Shown here: positions 50,906 to 61,902 of the stretch, piece by piece | Layout: every line of letters begins with the position of its first letter | How positions within the stretch are numbered: position 1 is the first letter of the stretch | Assembly: GCA_043228905.1 (NCBI GenBank) | Contig: JBHGNT010000015.1 | Span: 14,260,001 to 14,324,000 of the forward strand | DNA from: Azolla caroliniana | Taxonomy: Eukaryota > Plantae > Polypodiophyta | Reading direction: 5' to 3' | Length of the DNA: 64,000 bases | Notes under the pieces: generated by a model | Seen by the model: only the letters and a program-made list of their open reading frames with translations | Database searches by the model: none | Told to the model about the DNA's origin: nothing | Translations under genes and position numbers: made by a program

Positions 50906-52589
50906 ACGTTTGAATGAAGACATGGAGAGAATAAAATTTAGGGACCAATGTGTTTCAGAAGAGATTGTAGAGTCTATGAAGTCATCCCTAGACTTAGTGA
51001 AAGGTGTAGAGAGCATAGACAAATTTTCTGCAAAGAGGGCAGCCTTACACATGGTTGTGAACGGTGCGAGAGAAAAAAAATATAGTGATACTAAAGTTGC
51101 CTTAGTCCTGGGTATTCAAAGAAGGAACTTGAGGAAACATCGCCGAAATATACACTCAAACCAATTCAAGTGGTTGGGGTTGGGACGTAGACGACAATGC
51201 GATGTCTTATCTCAAGAGATTATTGAGAAAGTGGATTCATTTTGGGCCAAAAATTCGCGTGTCTCACCAAATAAGAAGGACGTGTGTAGACAGCGACTAA
51301 GTCAGGGTAAGTACCAGATTCACCCTAGACACTTCTTGGAGATGACAGAGGTATTCCATTTTTTTATATCAATTCACATTCCATAAATTTGTGTTTTGAC
51401 CAAGTGTATTTTAATGTTTGCTATATATATTGGTTGATGTAGGTTGAATTGTACATGAACTTTAAAGACCAACATCCAAGCTTGACTATTGGATTCCGCA
51501 AGTTCCAAGGTTTGAAACCATTTTATGTTAGAAAATTAAATTAGAGGAATACATGTTGTTGTGTGTACCACGTGAAGATGGACATGTTAAGGCTAGGAGT
51601 GAATGCAATGTGTACTGATTCTAAGGGTATACACGGGGAATTATGTGTCTGCACTTGTGAGGTTTGTAAACCAAATGGGGAGGATAATAGGTGTAATGCA
51701 TGAAACATGACTTATGCATCCGTTTTTGAGCTATGGAGGTCTTGTGTTTGTGAAAAAGAACCATCATGTGAGTGGCATCGTCGTACATGTCTATTAAGAA
51801 CATGTAAGGTTTGTCCGCTACCATTATTTTGTAGGCAGGAGCTTGATTTGGGAAACAGTCATATCGTGAAATGGAAATATTTAGAGTATGTGACTGAAAA
51901 TATTGGCAAGGGACTTGTAACTAAGCGTATCAAGGAAGTATATAAGGAGACATGTGCTGCTACCCTTGTCTCAGAATTTAAGAAACAACTTGGGGAGTTC
52001 ATTCCACATAACTTCCGAAGTTATTGGTAAAATTCATAGTTCAAGGAATGTATTAATAACTTACCAACGGGTTTCATCGTATCCGTTATTGACTTTGCAG
52101 AAAACTATACATTTAAAGTTCAAAATGAGGTTCAATCAATGCATTGGTACAATGATCAATGTACGATACTTGTACATATTTGCTATTGGAGGCAAGAAAT
52201 CAATATTTTACATTTCAGATGATAAAAAGCATGATACACTATTTGTTCAACATTGTTTTAAGCTTCACCATGCATATTTATTGTCTCTAGGGTTAACCTT
52301 TAACCGTCATTGGGTTTGGTCTGATGGTGCTGCCTCGCAATTTAAGGCGGCACGATCGTTCTACTTTATTGCCAGGTAATTTTTAACCCATATGTTTAGT
52401 ACTTATCATGCAATGTGTAAGGAAGTAATTCTTGTGTTAGTGCATGCATACTAATTATGTTTGTAACTATTCGAACACAACACTATTCACATGGATGCAT
52501 GCATACTAATTTTGTTTGTAACTAAGTTAACTGTTCTTGATTGATCAAATAGTACTATCCTGTCACGTGGATCTGTGTTTATTACCTTT

Positions 52590-53392
52590 TAATCCATGTG
52601 AAGTGTTCTCCATAGACAAATTGTATTATGTTGTCTGTTGTATCTTTACTAAATTAGTATTTACTGAAGAATGTAAAGTACTCGTATTGTACTCTATAGT
52701 ATTGTCCGTCCTTAAGATAATTGTACTAATTATCTTTAATGCATGTGAAGTGTTCTCCATAGACACATTGTACTATGTTGTGTGTTGTATCTGTACTATG
52801 TTGTGTTTACAGAAGGATGTAAAGTACTTGTCTTGTACTCATAGTATTGTTTGTCCTTAAGAGAATTGTACTAATTATCTTTTAATCCATGTGAAGTGTT
52901 CTCCATAGACACATTGTACTATGTTGTGTGTGGTATCTGTATTATGTTGTGTTTACAGAAGGATGTAAAGTACTCGTCTTGTACTCATAGTATTGTCCAT
53001 CCTTAAGAGAATTGTATTAATTATCTTTTAATCCATGTGAAGTGTTCTCCATAGACACATTGTACTATGTTGTGTGTTGTATTTGTACTAAATCAGTATT
53101 TACTGAAGGATGTAAAGAACTCGTCTTGTACTCATAGTATTGTCCGTCCTTAAGAGAATTGTACTAATCATCTTTGTGAAGTGTTCTCCATAGACACATT
53201 GTACTATGTTGTGTGTTGTATCTATACTATGTTGTGTTTACAGAAGGATGTAAAGTACTCGTCTTGTACTCATATTATTGTCCATCCTTAAGAGAATTGT
53301 ACTAATTATCTTTTAATCCATGTGAAGTGTTCTCCATAGACACATTGTACTATGTTGTATGTTGTATTTGTACTAAATCAGTATTTACTGAA
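52590..53392. repeat. ~146-bp tandem repeat x5.5 in the transposase intron
   Basis: TGTGAAGTGTTCTCCATAGAC at 52597, 52744, 52890, 53036, 53175 and 53321. Confidence 0.95.
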
Positions 53393-53683
53393 GGGTCTGG
53401 ACATGGAAAAGGAGAGCATGATGGCGCGGGGGCTGTGATCAAACGTGCCCTTACAAGTGAGCAGTTGGATAATAATGGTGCTAAGTTACAAAATGCACAT
53501 GATGTTGTGCAGTGGCTAACATGGAAGATGTCAAATGATGGTAAGAACAGATTGTTTGTTGAAGTTCGCGTTGATGAGGTTGATAGAACTAAATCATATG
53601 GTTGTAAAACCGTGAAAGGCACACGCAACACCCATTGTGTATTAGGGTTTAGCCGCAAGGACACAACACAATTGTTACTCCGT

Positions 53684-56539
53684 TGTCGCGTTGTTACGCA
53701 CGTGCGTGTAGAAGGGGAGGGACCACGGGGGTCTTGGACTAGGGAGTGGAGGAGAAAGAATAAGACACAAAATGGAAGCTTAGCTCAAGAGGAGGTGAGA
53801 AAGAATAAGACAATAACGTAAAATAGACGGGCAAGATGCTCAACAAGTTAGCTTAAGGGAAAACAAACACTTTACAATGGTGGCCGCCATGACCGCACCA
53901 AACGACTATATCAAAAACCCTAAGGGAAAACCCAAGAAGAAAACCCTAATCGAAACCCTAAAACCGAATAGGAAACCCTAGACCTAAGTGGTATGCCTCT
54001 CTCCCTCAAAATAGGCAACCCCCTCATAAGTGACCCCTCCCTTTTATAGCCCAAGGAGGGAGGGACCTTACAATGTGGGATAAAATTTCCCCTCTTCTTT
54101 CTACACACCACTTCCTAGTATACACGTGCACATGTTGCACACCACCGATTTTCCTATTCCACCCCGGTTTTCGCCTATGGACGAAAATCTTCACGACATC
54201 CGCCCCCACCAAACCGCACATCCACCGGTATGTGCCAAGAAAGGAGAAGAGGTGAGATTTTTCGGCCATGGTGATAAAACCGAGGTCCGCCGTGTCCTCG
54301 TTGGCCTTGCTCGGCTTCGTCCGTCCCTTCCACATGAACCGTCATAGCATCCCGTTCCACCGTATCTGTCGTACGTCCTCGAGCCGACGGCTCCAACCGA
54401 TCCACCACGTCCACCGTGTGTCCCCGAAACATCGATTCTATCCGAACTGCCATATCCACCACGTTCGCCTTCCTCCCCGGTCGGTCCTCCCGAATGCCAT
54501 TGTCGATACGGTCACTCTTTCTTTGTCCGCCACATAGGTCCTCCGATTAGGCCCTCGGTCACCCAGTTTGCTCACCGGATTCCGCCCCTTGCATACCGCT
54601 TGTGTTCTATCTCCGGCTCGATCCTCTCTTCGTCTCGAACACCTCGTGCCGATTCCCTCCGTTCCGCGCTCACCATCCGTAGGCTCTTTCCGTGTGCCCT
54701 TGTTGTCTCTCGAACATGCACTCGTTCTTTGGTCCCTCGGCGACCTCATTACGCGCTCCTCGTTTCTCTTTTGCTCACCGTGCTCTCTCGCTGTAGAGCA
54801 TACCGTCATCCCGACCTCCGTGTCAGTGTCCTTCGCGGCTCCCGTTACCGCTTCATCTCGACTTGCGCCCTCTTGGCCCGCTTGGCCTTGCATGCCCTCC
54901 GGGAAGCCGCCGCGTCTTCTCTTCCCGTAGCCTCGTCCATTCCGATAGCCTCGTCCGTTCCAGTCTCCGACTCCTCGCCGCCACCTGCCGTCTCTTCGGT
55001 CTTATGTTGATCCGCAACCGCCGAAGTCTCAAGAATAGGTGTGGAGGGTTCCTCTTGCTCTCGATCTTCCGCCAAGCCGTAATCACCGTGCCCGGTTAGC
55101 CTCCTTCTCGCACTCACCGGCTCCCACCAGGTGTTGTGGCTCGTTCGCCTCGACCTCCAATCATGCCGACTTAGCCTTCGCCCGGATCGGTCTCGGCCGA
55201 TCGAGTTCCGGTTTGGTCGGCTCCCTTTCGTAATCGTAACCGGCCGGTACATGTTTGTCCGCACAAATCCGGCCTTTCCAACTCTTCTTCGGTTCGGGCC
55301 GGGTTGACCGGACCCCGCTCCAATCTTCTTCCGCCTCATCTTCCGGTCGTGTCAGATTATCGACCGGTTCAATTTCCAGTCGGGTCGGTTACCGACACTC
55401 TCCTCCTTGCCGTTCCCAACCTCTCCGTCGGTCCTCTTGTATATCCCCGTTACGGGCCTCGCATTCTCATCTTCGTACGTACTCGCTCCGGGCCACGCCT
55501 CCTCATGGCCACCACCCATCTCTCCGGTCTCACGTTGGCACTTGGGCACAACCGCTGAAGTCTCCGGCCCCGATGTCGAGGGTTCTTGCCTCCGTCCGCT
55601 CCAATCTTCCTCGTCGTCATTTCCGTCAACCGCCTTGCCGCCGCCACCGCTCGTCGCTCTAGGCCACACACCGACACTCGGGCCGACCGCCGGAGCCTCT
55701 AGGACTGGTGTGGGTAATGTCCCGGCACCTCCGCTTGTTGTTGTTGTTGCCGCCTCCGTCCGGACGTCGTTGTCCACGGCTTCCCCATCTCTGATTCCGC
55801 AAGCCTCGATTATGTTTGTCGTCCCTTCTTCCTCGCTTTCCTTGCCGTTGTCTTGGTTGCCCTCTTTGTCGCCGCCACCGCCCATCGCTCTAGGTCTCAC
55901 GCCGGCACTCGGGCCGACCGTCGGAGCCTCTAGGACTGGTGTGGGTAAGGACTCGGCACCGCCACTTGTTTCGTTCGTAGCCACCTCCATTCGGTCATCG
56001 TCGTCTGTGGCTACCCCGTCTTCATTTACGCTTGATGCCACCTTTTCCTTGTCGTTCTCGCCGTCGTGGTTGCCCACCTTGCCGCCGCCACCGCCCGTCG
56101 CTCTAGGTCTGATGCCGGCACTCGGGCCGGCCGCTGGAGCCTCTAGGGCCAGATTGCGTAAGGCCACGGCACCGCCGCTCGTTGTCTCCATAGCCGCCTC
56201 CATCTAGACGTCATTATCCGCGGCTACCCCGCCTCCAATCGTGCAAGCCTCGATTATGCTTGCCACCGTCTCTTCCATGCCGTCGTCTTGGTTGCCCGCC
56301 TTGCCGCCGCCACCGTCCGTCACTCTAGGACCGGTGTGTGTAAGGTGTGTGTAAGGTCGCGGCACCGCCGCTTGTCTCCTCCCCACTCGATGTTTCGGGC
56401 CGCCATGTCTGAAATCCGTAGTTACCGGCCTCCATGGTTGTCCCTTCACCGCAAGGCAAGAGGGTCGCTTGCTCCGCACCCTCTCCCATGTTGCCGTCGT
56501 ACGCTCTTTCGGCCTCCGTATAGGCCCCGTCTTCTATGT
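53684..56539 (-). mobile_element. Element G: non-autonomous derivative of the Trp-primed group (3' LTR 53684-54198, PPT, GC-rich repeat-containing interior)
   Basis: LTR termini and the ~80 bp before the PPT resemble D; no RT, RH or INT core in the 2.3 kb visible. Confidence 0.8.
55352..56479 (-). other. Low-complexity repeat ORF in G (283 aa, extends upstream across one TAG)
   Basis: 3-4 copies of TSGGA..LPTPVLEAP.VGPS.G.RPRA.GGGG.K.GN; same frame as 56204-56479. Confidence 0.4.
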
Positions 56540-57285
56540 TGTCATAGTGTATTCCACACACTACGTGAAAACCATAAAATAATATATCCGATTTTAGATA
56601 CATATAAATAGATAAATAATATATCAAAAGAATTTATCACGTGCATAGGGCAGGATTCAAACCATGCACCTCCACGTACATAAGCCCCAACTTTACCATT
56701 GTAATAACTTATCTTTAGTGTTATAAATATAGATTTAATAAGTATAAGACCTTTATTTACACATACCTTTATTAAAGGGTAAAAATCATGTATTCTTTAG
56801 AGTGTGAATATTTTATTTACACGTGACATTAAAAGTGACTCATGCACATCTAGCGTGCATGAGCCCTATATTTAGGAAATGACAAAGCATCACATGCACA
56901 TTTAGTGTGCATGGACACTTTAGGTGAAAAAGCATGAAGCCATGTTTAGCCTCTTCCATCTTTATATAAGGAGGAGAGAAATATGTATAAGGTTGTTGAT
57001 TAATATAGAAGAATTGATCAATCTAATATATTCGTGGGATTCACGAATTTTGCCATCTAAATTACTCTTATAATCTAAATATTGTTTTAAAATACACTAA
57101 ACTCGTGGGATTCACGAGATTGCTATCTTACTTCTCTTCCTATTATTCATAACTAGCCTTAAGTTGTATTCCTCTTCCTCCTAGTCCAAAACCTCGGCGG
57201 TTCCCACCCGACTCACGCAACGATCCAGAGCCGAAAGGCACGACACAGTTGGTGAACCCGACGTGATGACCCGGGTGGCAAGGAG

Positions 57286-59311
57286 ATGGAAAATCAACCG
57301 GAGGCTAGCAACATGATGATGATGTCCGAGCGCATGCTACAAGAACAACGCGCGATGTCGGAGATAGCGGCATCATTGGAGCGACTCGTGCAACGAAACG
57401 GACAATTCAATGGGAAAGACGTGTCGCGGTATCTTCGAGACTACAAGGCAGAGATGCTACGGTGCGGAATATCGGAAGGACTGCATGTGACGTCCTTCAA
57501 CCGGGTGGCGACCGACGGGCTTCAAGCAAGCATCCATGGGCTACGACAACAAAATCCGACATGGGAGGCATTTGAAGAAGAGCTAAAGAGGACGTTCGCC
57601 ATCAAGGATTCCTCCAAGGCGACGCGAAGGGGATTCGAAGATTGGGTGGAGACGCCGGACAAGGGATTGAAGGTCGTTGATGTGTTTTCGGCATTCGAAA
57701 GCCGGTTCAGGAGGTTGTCCGCGAGAGATCAAGCTATCCTCGTACCGGACAAGGTGATCATGTTCTTGCGAGCCGTGGACGTCCGGGACCGGAAAGATCT
57801 CGGAGTGCTCTTGGAGGACACGACCACGGAGAGCGGCCTCACCGAAACATGGGAAAGCGCGATACACGAAGAGGGGGCAATGGCTTGCCAACGAGGAAAA
57901 GAGGGTTTCGGAACCGATTCCGAAACCGAGAACCGGATTGGAAGACCATCAACCAAGGGCTCGGGAGACTACAACCGAGAAGGGGATTGATGCATCTACG
58001 GTGGAGCAACTATTGAAGGAGATGGAGAATCTGAAGATCGCGATGGTGAAGAAGTCGGATGACCGCCCCACAAGCTCCAAGTATACGGACCGACGGTGCA
58101 TATGGTGCGATAGCGCCGAACACGATCGGAGGGATTGCGACGAGCATAAGGAGGCGCTACGGCAGGATCTCATCTACTACGAGGGAAACCGGATTCATTC
58201 GATGGACTCTCGGAAGCCACTCCGACCGAACTTCCGGAAAGGCAGCATGAAGAAGGTGCTCGAGGAGGAATTGGCGGCAAGAAGCAACTATGCGACAACC
58301 GCGGGAATATGTGTCGGGGAATCATCGAGAGCAAAGACGTCTTTTTGGCCGGAAGTTCTAGAAAACACCGAGAAAACCGACTCCAACGAGATCCGAAGCA
58401 CCGCGGAAGGCGTCCGGGAAGCTACGGGATGAGAGTGCCCTGTCGACAAGAATAGCGTATACGCCCTATGTCAATTGCATAAGGTGTATGTGGACGAGAA
58501 ACGACGACGCACGGAGGATGCGGCCGGGCCATCGAAGATACCGGAAAGCTAGAACTCCGGAGGTAAGGGAAAAGAAAAGGTGGCTCCAGCATTCAAGCTC
58601 GCCTCGGACATAGAACAACAAACCGACTTGAAAAGAGTGTTCGAGGAAAGAATCTTGGATAGCCGGGTAGATTTCTCGCTTCGAGAGCTACTCGGAATAG
58701 CAAAGAAGGAGTTCCACGATCTTCTCGTGGATCTCGTGAAGCGAAAAAGACAAAGTACGGAGGAAAATGCTCCAAGGGTGAATGCAAACACCGTTTTAAT
58801 GAACGACACCGAAGTGGAGGACGAAATTCCGAACTCCCACTATACAAGGCCACATTGGGCACGCGCGACTACGGAAACTCCGGTCCGAATCGGCAACATC
58901 AAAGAACCCGTGCTAGCATTGATTGATCACGGATCAGAGATCAACTTGATGTCCAAGGAGTTCTACCGGAAGGGGAAGTGGCCTATTAACACCAACCATG
59001 GATGGAAGATTCGGGCGGCCACCAAAGCAACGGAAGATCTATTTGCGGCTTGTCTGGATGTGACGGTGAAGATCGGGGATGTCGAGATCGACCAAAATTT
59101 CTTCGTGCAAGATGAGGTTTCACATTCCGTCATCCTCGGCCAGCCCTTTATCACGGCATCACGGATGGAGACGAAGGTGCTCGATAGCGGTGCGGCTTTT
59201 GCGCGAATTCGGAGCCAAAACGGTGGGAAATCCGTCCAATTCCTAACGGTGCCGGCAAATCACGAAAGGAACAAGAGGGAACTCTTGTCCCAAGTGAGAA
59301 TGGATTTTTAA
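57286..59311 (+). pseudogene. gag: Element H Gag-protease (one frameshift, stop)
   Basis: ORFs 57286-, 57938-58432 (CIWCDSAEHDRRDC), 58580-59311 (DHGSEIN...MDF*). Confidence 0.9.
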
Positions 59312-59365
59312 AGCGGACTGTTGCGGAGTGGGGAAGTGATAGTCCGAGAAGCCCTGATACCCCAC
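59302..59365 (+). promoter_or_regulatory. Predicted -1 frameshift cassette of H
   Basis: GGATTTT-TAAAG; stem 1 CGGACTGTTGC/GTGATAGTCCG; loop GTGGGG pairs with CCCCAC; -1 frame open into ORF 59467-60579. Confidence 0.82.
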
Positions 59366-61902
59366 ACAGGAAGAAAACTCTCGGAGCAAAACATGTACGA
59401 ATCGGTCCGGATGGGGCATCTACGTACACGACCGTAACCGGAGGATTAAAGAAAGGATACCGACAAGTGGAGGATAAGTTGCGGTTGGCATCAATAATAA
59501 AAGAAGATGAAGAAATCGTGGGGATAGTCGAAGAAGTGTTCTATGAGAGCACGCTACAACGACTTGAAGAGCTTACGGAAGATAAAAGCCAAGGGAACCG
59601 GGTAGTCCCGGTGGAATCGGTCGAGATGTACGAGATCATTGCAAAAATGGAGCCGGATACGCTCCGCAAAGAAGAAGCAATGGTAAGTACGAAATACAAG
59701 ACCGTGGAGAAGAAGGTGAAACCGGCCGCGGGACCACTACCCGCCGATAGCGAACAAAAGAGGAAAGAAGTCTCGGGAGATCCGACACTTCGGAAGACCG
59801 TGGATATCGGACATGCCTTCATGGATGAGACCCGGAAGAAACTTCGGATCGGTGGAGGTGGGTTCCTATTACAAAAAGAAGAAGAACGGTTTCGCGAGAT
59901 GTTGGAGCAACACGGCAAAGCGTTTGCATTTACATCAAGGGAGATAGGGTGCGTCGATCCGAGAATAGTGGAGCCGATGGTGATCTTCACGATTGACCAT
60001 GTACCGTGGAACCTGAAGCCGATTCCGGTGCCACGAGCGCATATTCCGAAAGTCATTGACTTGCTCAAGGAGAAGGTGGCGATGGGGATTCTAGAGCCAT
60101 CAACTGCTCCGTACTCAAATCGATGGTTTACGGTTCCGAAGAAGAATGGGTCACTCCGATTTATCCAAGACTTGCAACCGGTGAATAAGGTCACGATCCG
60201 GAACTCGGGAGTCGGTCCGATAGTGGACGAATTTGCGGAAGCTTTTGTCGGTCGTGCGATATACTCCATCGGAGACCTATACTCGGGGTATGACCAATTC
60301 CAACTAGCCGTGGAGAGCCGAGACATCACAACCATGCGAACACCGATAGGATTAGTCCGAATGTGCACACTACCACAAGGAGCGACAAACTCGGTTGCTC
60401 ATATGATGAACGCGATGAACAAGGTGCTTCGAGACTGCATTCCGGAGATAACGATGCCGTTCCTCGATGACATTCCGATGAAAGGATGCGCGGTAGAAGA
60501 AAAAGATGAGACTATGGATGATCGGGGATGCCGAAAGTTCGTGGTCGACCATATTCATGATTGCAACAAAGTGTTGTGAAAGCTAGAAGATGTGCACCTA
60601 ACACTTTCCGGGGAGAAATCGGCATTCGGGCAAGAAGAAATATTGGTGGTCGGACATCTATGTGGGCCCTACGGCCGAAGACCGTCACCAACAAAGATTG
60701 ATGCGATTCAAGCTATGGAGGAAGTATGCAAGTCAACATCCGAAGTCCGAAGGTTTCTCGGTGCATGTGCATTCTATCACATATGGATTCCGCACTATGC
60801 ACATATAGCAGACCCGCTCTACCACTTGTTGCGGAAAGGTAAGAAATTCGAATGGAAACCGGAACACACCAAAGCCATGAAGAAATTGAAGAAGACACTT
60901 CGGAGGGCGGAAGCACTTAAGAAGCCGAGCTACGACCGACCGATCATAGTAACGGTTGATACAAGTCCAACCGGTATCGGGTGGGTCATCAATCAAGCCG
61001 ACTCGGATGGTTCGCGGTATCCGATCCGATTCGGAGCAAAGGTTCTCAACGAAAGGCAACGTGGATATGCACAAGTCAAAAGAGAACTGTGGGGAGTCGT
61101 GTCGGTGATAAAATCGGATCGGGATTATTTGATCGGAGCCGAAGTGGTGATCGAGACGGATTGTCTTCCGATACTCGGGATGATGCGGTGTTGTACGATA
61201 CCAGATGTAGCTATGCTAAGGTGGGTTGCATATGTCAAGTCGCTTAATCCGGAGGTTCGACACATCTCGGGGAAGGAAAACGCGGTAGCGGATATGTTAT
61301 CAAGGGCTCGGTTCGGAGACGACATAACCAAATCGGATAATGAAGAAGTTTCCGAAGACTACTTCGCGTCGGAGCACATATGCCGAGTGAACGTAATCCG
61401 AAAATTCCGGGAAGAAGAATACGAGGGAGAAAGTTTGATGATCGGAAAGATGTTACAAGAGGCCGAGGACTCGACAAACGATAAAGGAAGAAGAGCCGAG
61501 ATCCGAAGGAAGAAGAGGCAAGTCCAAAAGTTCTTCTTGGAAAACGGATTAATATGGAGGGCGCCGAAAAGACCGAATGGTATACCACTTCGAGTAGTCG
61601 GGACAAAAGAGCAACGAAACCGGATAATGTCCAAGTTTCACGAATCCGATTGGGCTGAACACCGAGGAACATGGGCAACATTTGTGAAGATCAAGCAAAA
61701 ATATTGGTGGAAGAAAATGTACAAAGATGTCGCGGAGTTCACGGAAAGCTGTGAGAAATGTCAAGTCTACTCCGGGGTTCGACATCGAGATGAGTTACAT
61801 CCGACATTCTCACCGACAATCAACTTCAAGTGGATGGTCGACATAGTGGCCATGCCGACCGGGATCGGACAAAAGAAATACTTGGTATTAGCTCAGGAAG
61901 AT
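59308..61902 (+). pseudogene. pol: Element H RT-RH-INT (one TGA at 60577; truncated by I)
   Basis: DLYSGYDQ, FLDD, DTSPTGIG, H..H..C..C, FKWMVD. Confidence 0.94.

Larger units (their letters stand above)
48920..53683 (+). mobile_element. Sola2-type DNA transposon (left end and transposase; right part not in window)
   Basis: Copia similarity appears to stop at GAGGGTGGAAAC; downstream transposase motifs; left boundary approximate. Confidence 0.72.
50042..53683 (+). pseudogene. Spliced Sola2-like DDD transposase with Cys-rich region (disrupted)
   Basis: SRVSPNKKD, LKPFYV..NTCCCVYH, DFAENY..QNEVQSMHW, WSDGAASQFK, GHGKGEHDGAG; GT-AG intron 51351-51442; donor at 52376. Confidence 0.82.
56540..61902 (+). 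mobile_element. Element H: tRNA-Trp-primed Ty3/gypsy (5' LTR 56540-57245, PBS 57250-57266), interrupted in integrase by copia I
   Basis: TG...CA LTR, PBS TGGTGAACCCGACGTGA, gag-PR and RT-RH-INT ORFs. Confidence 0.95.

Noticed and set aside
52537-52860. Cys-rich hydrophobic 107-aa ORF
   Set aside because: Lies within the intronic tandem repeat
59541-60368. Long antisense ORFs over RT (also 27511-28203 and 14885-15394)
   Set aside because: Mirror frame of pol in related elements, explained by codon usage; no independent motifs
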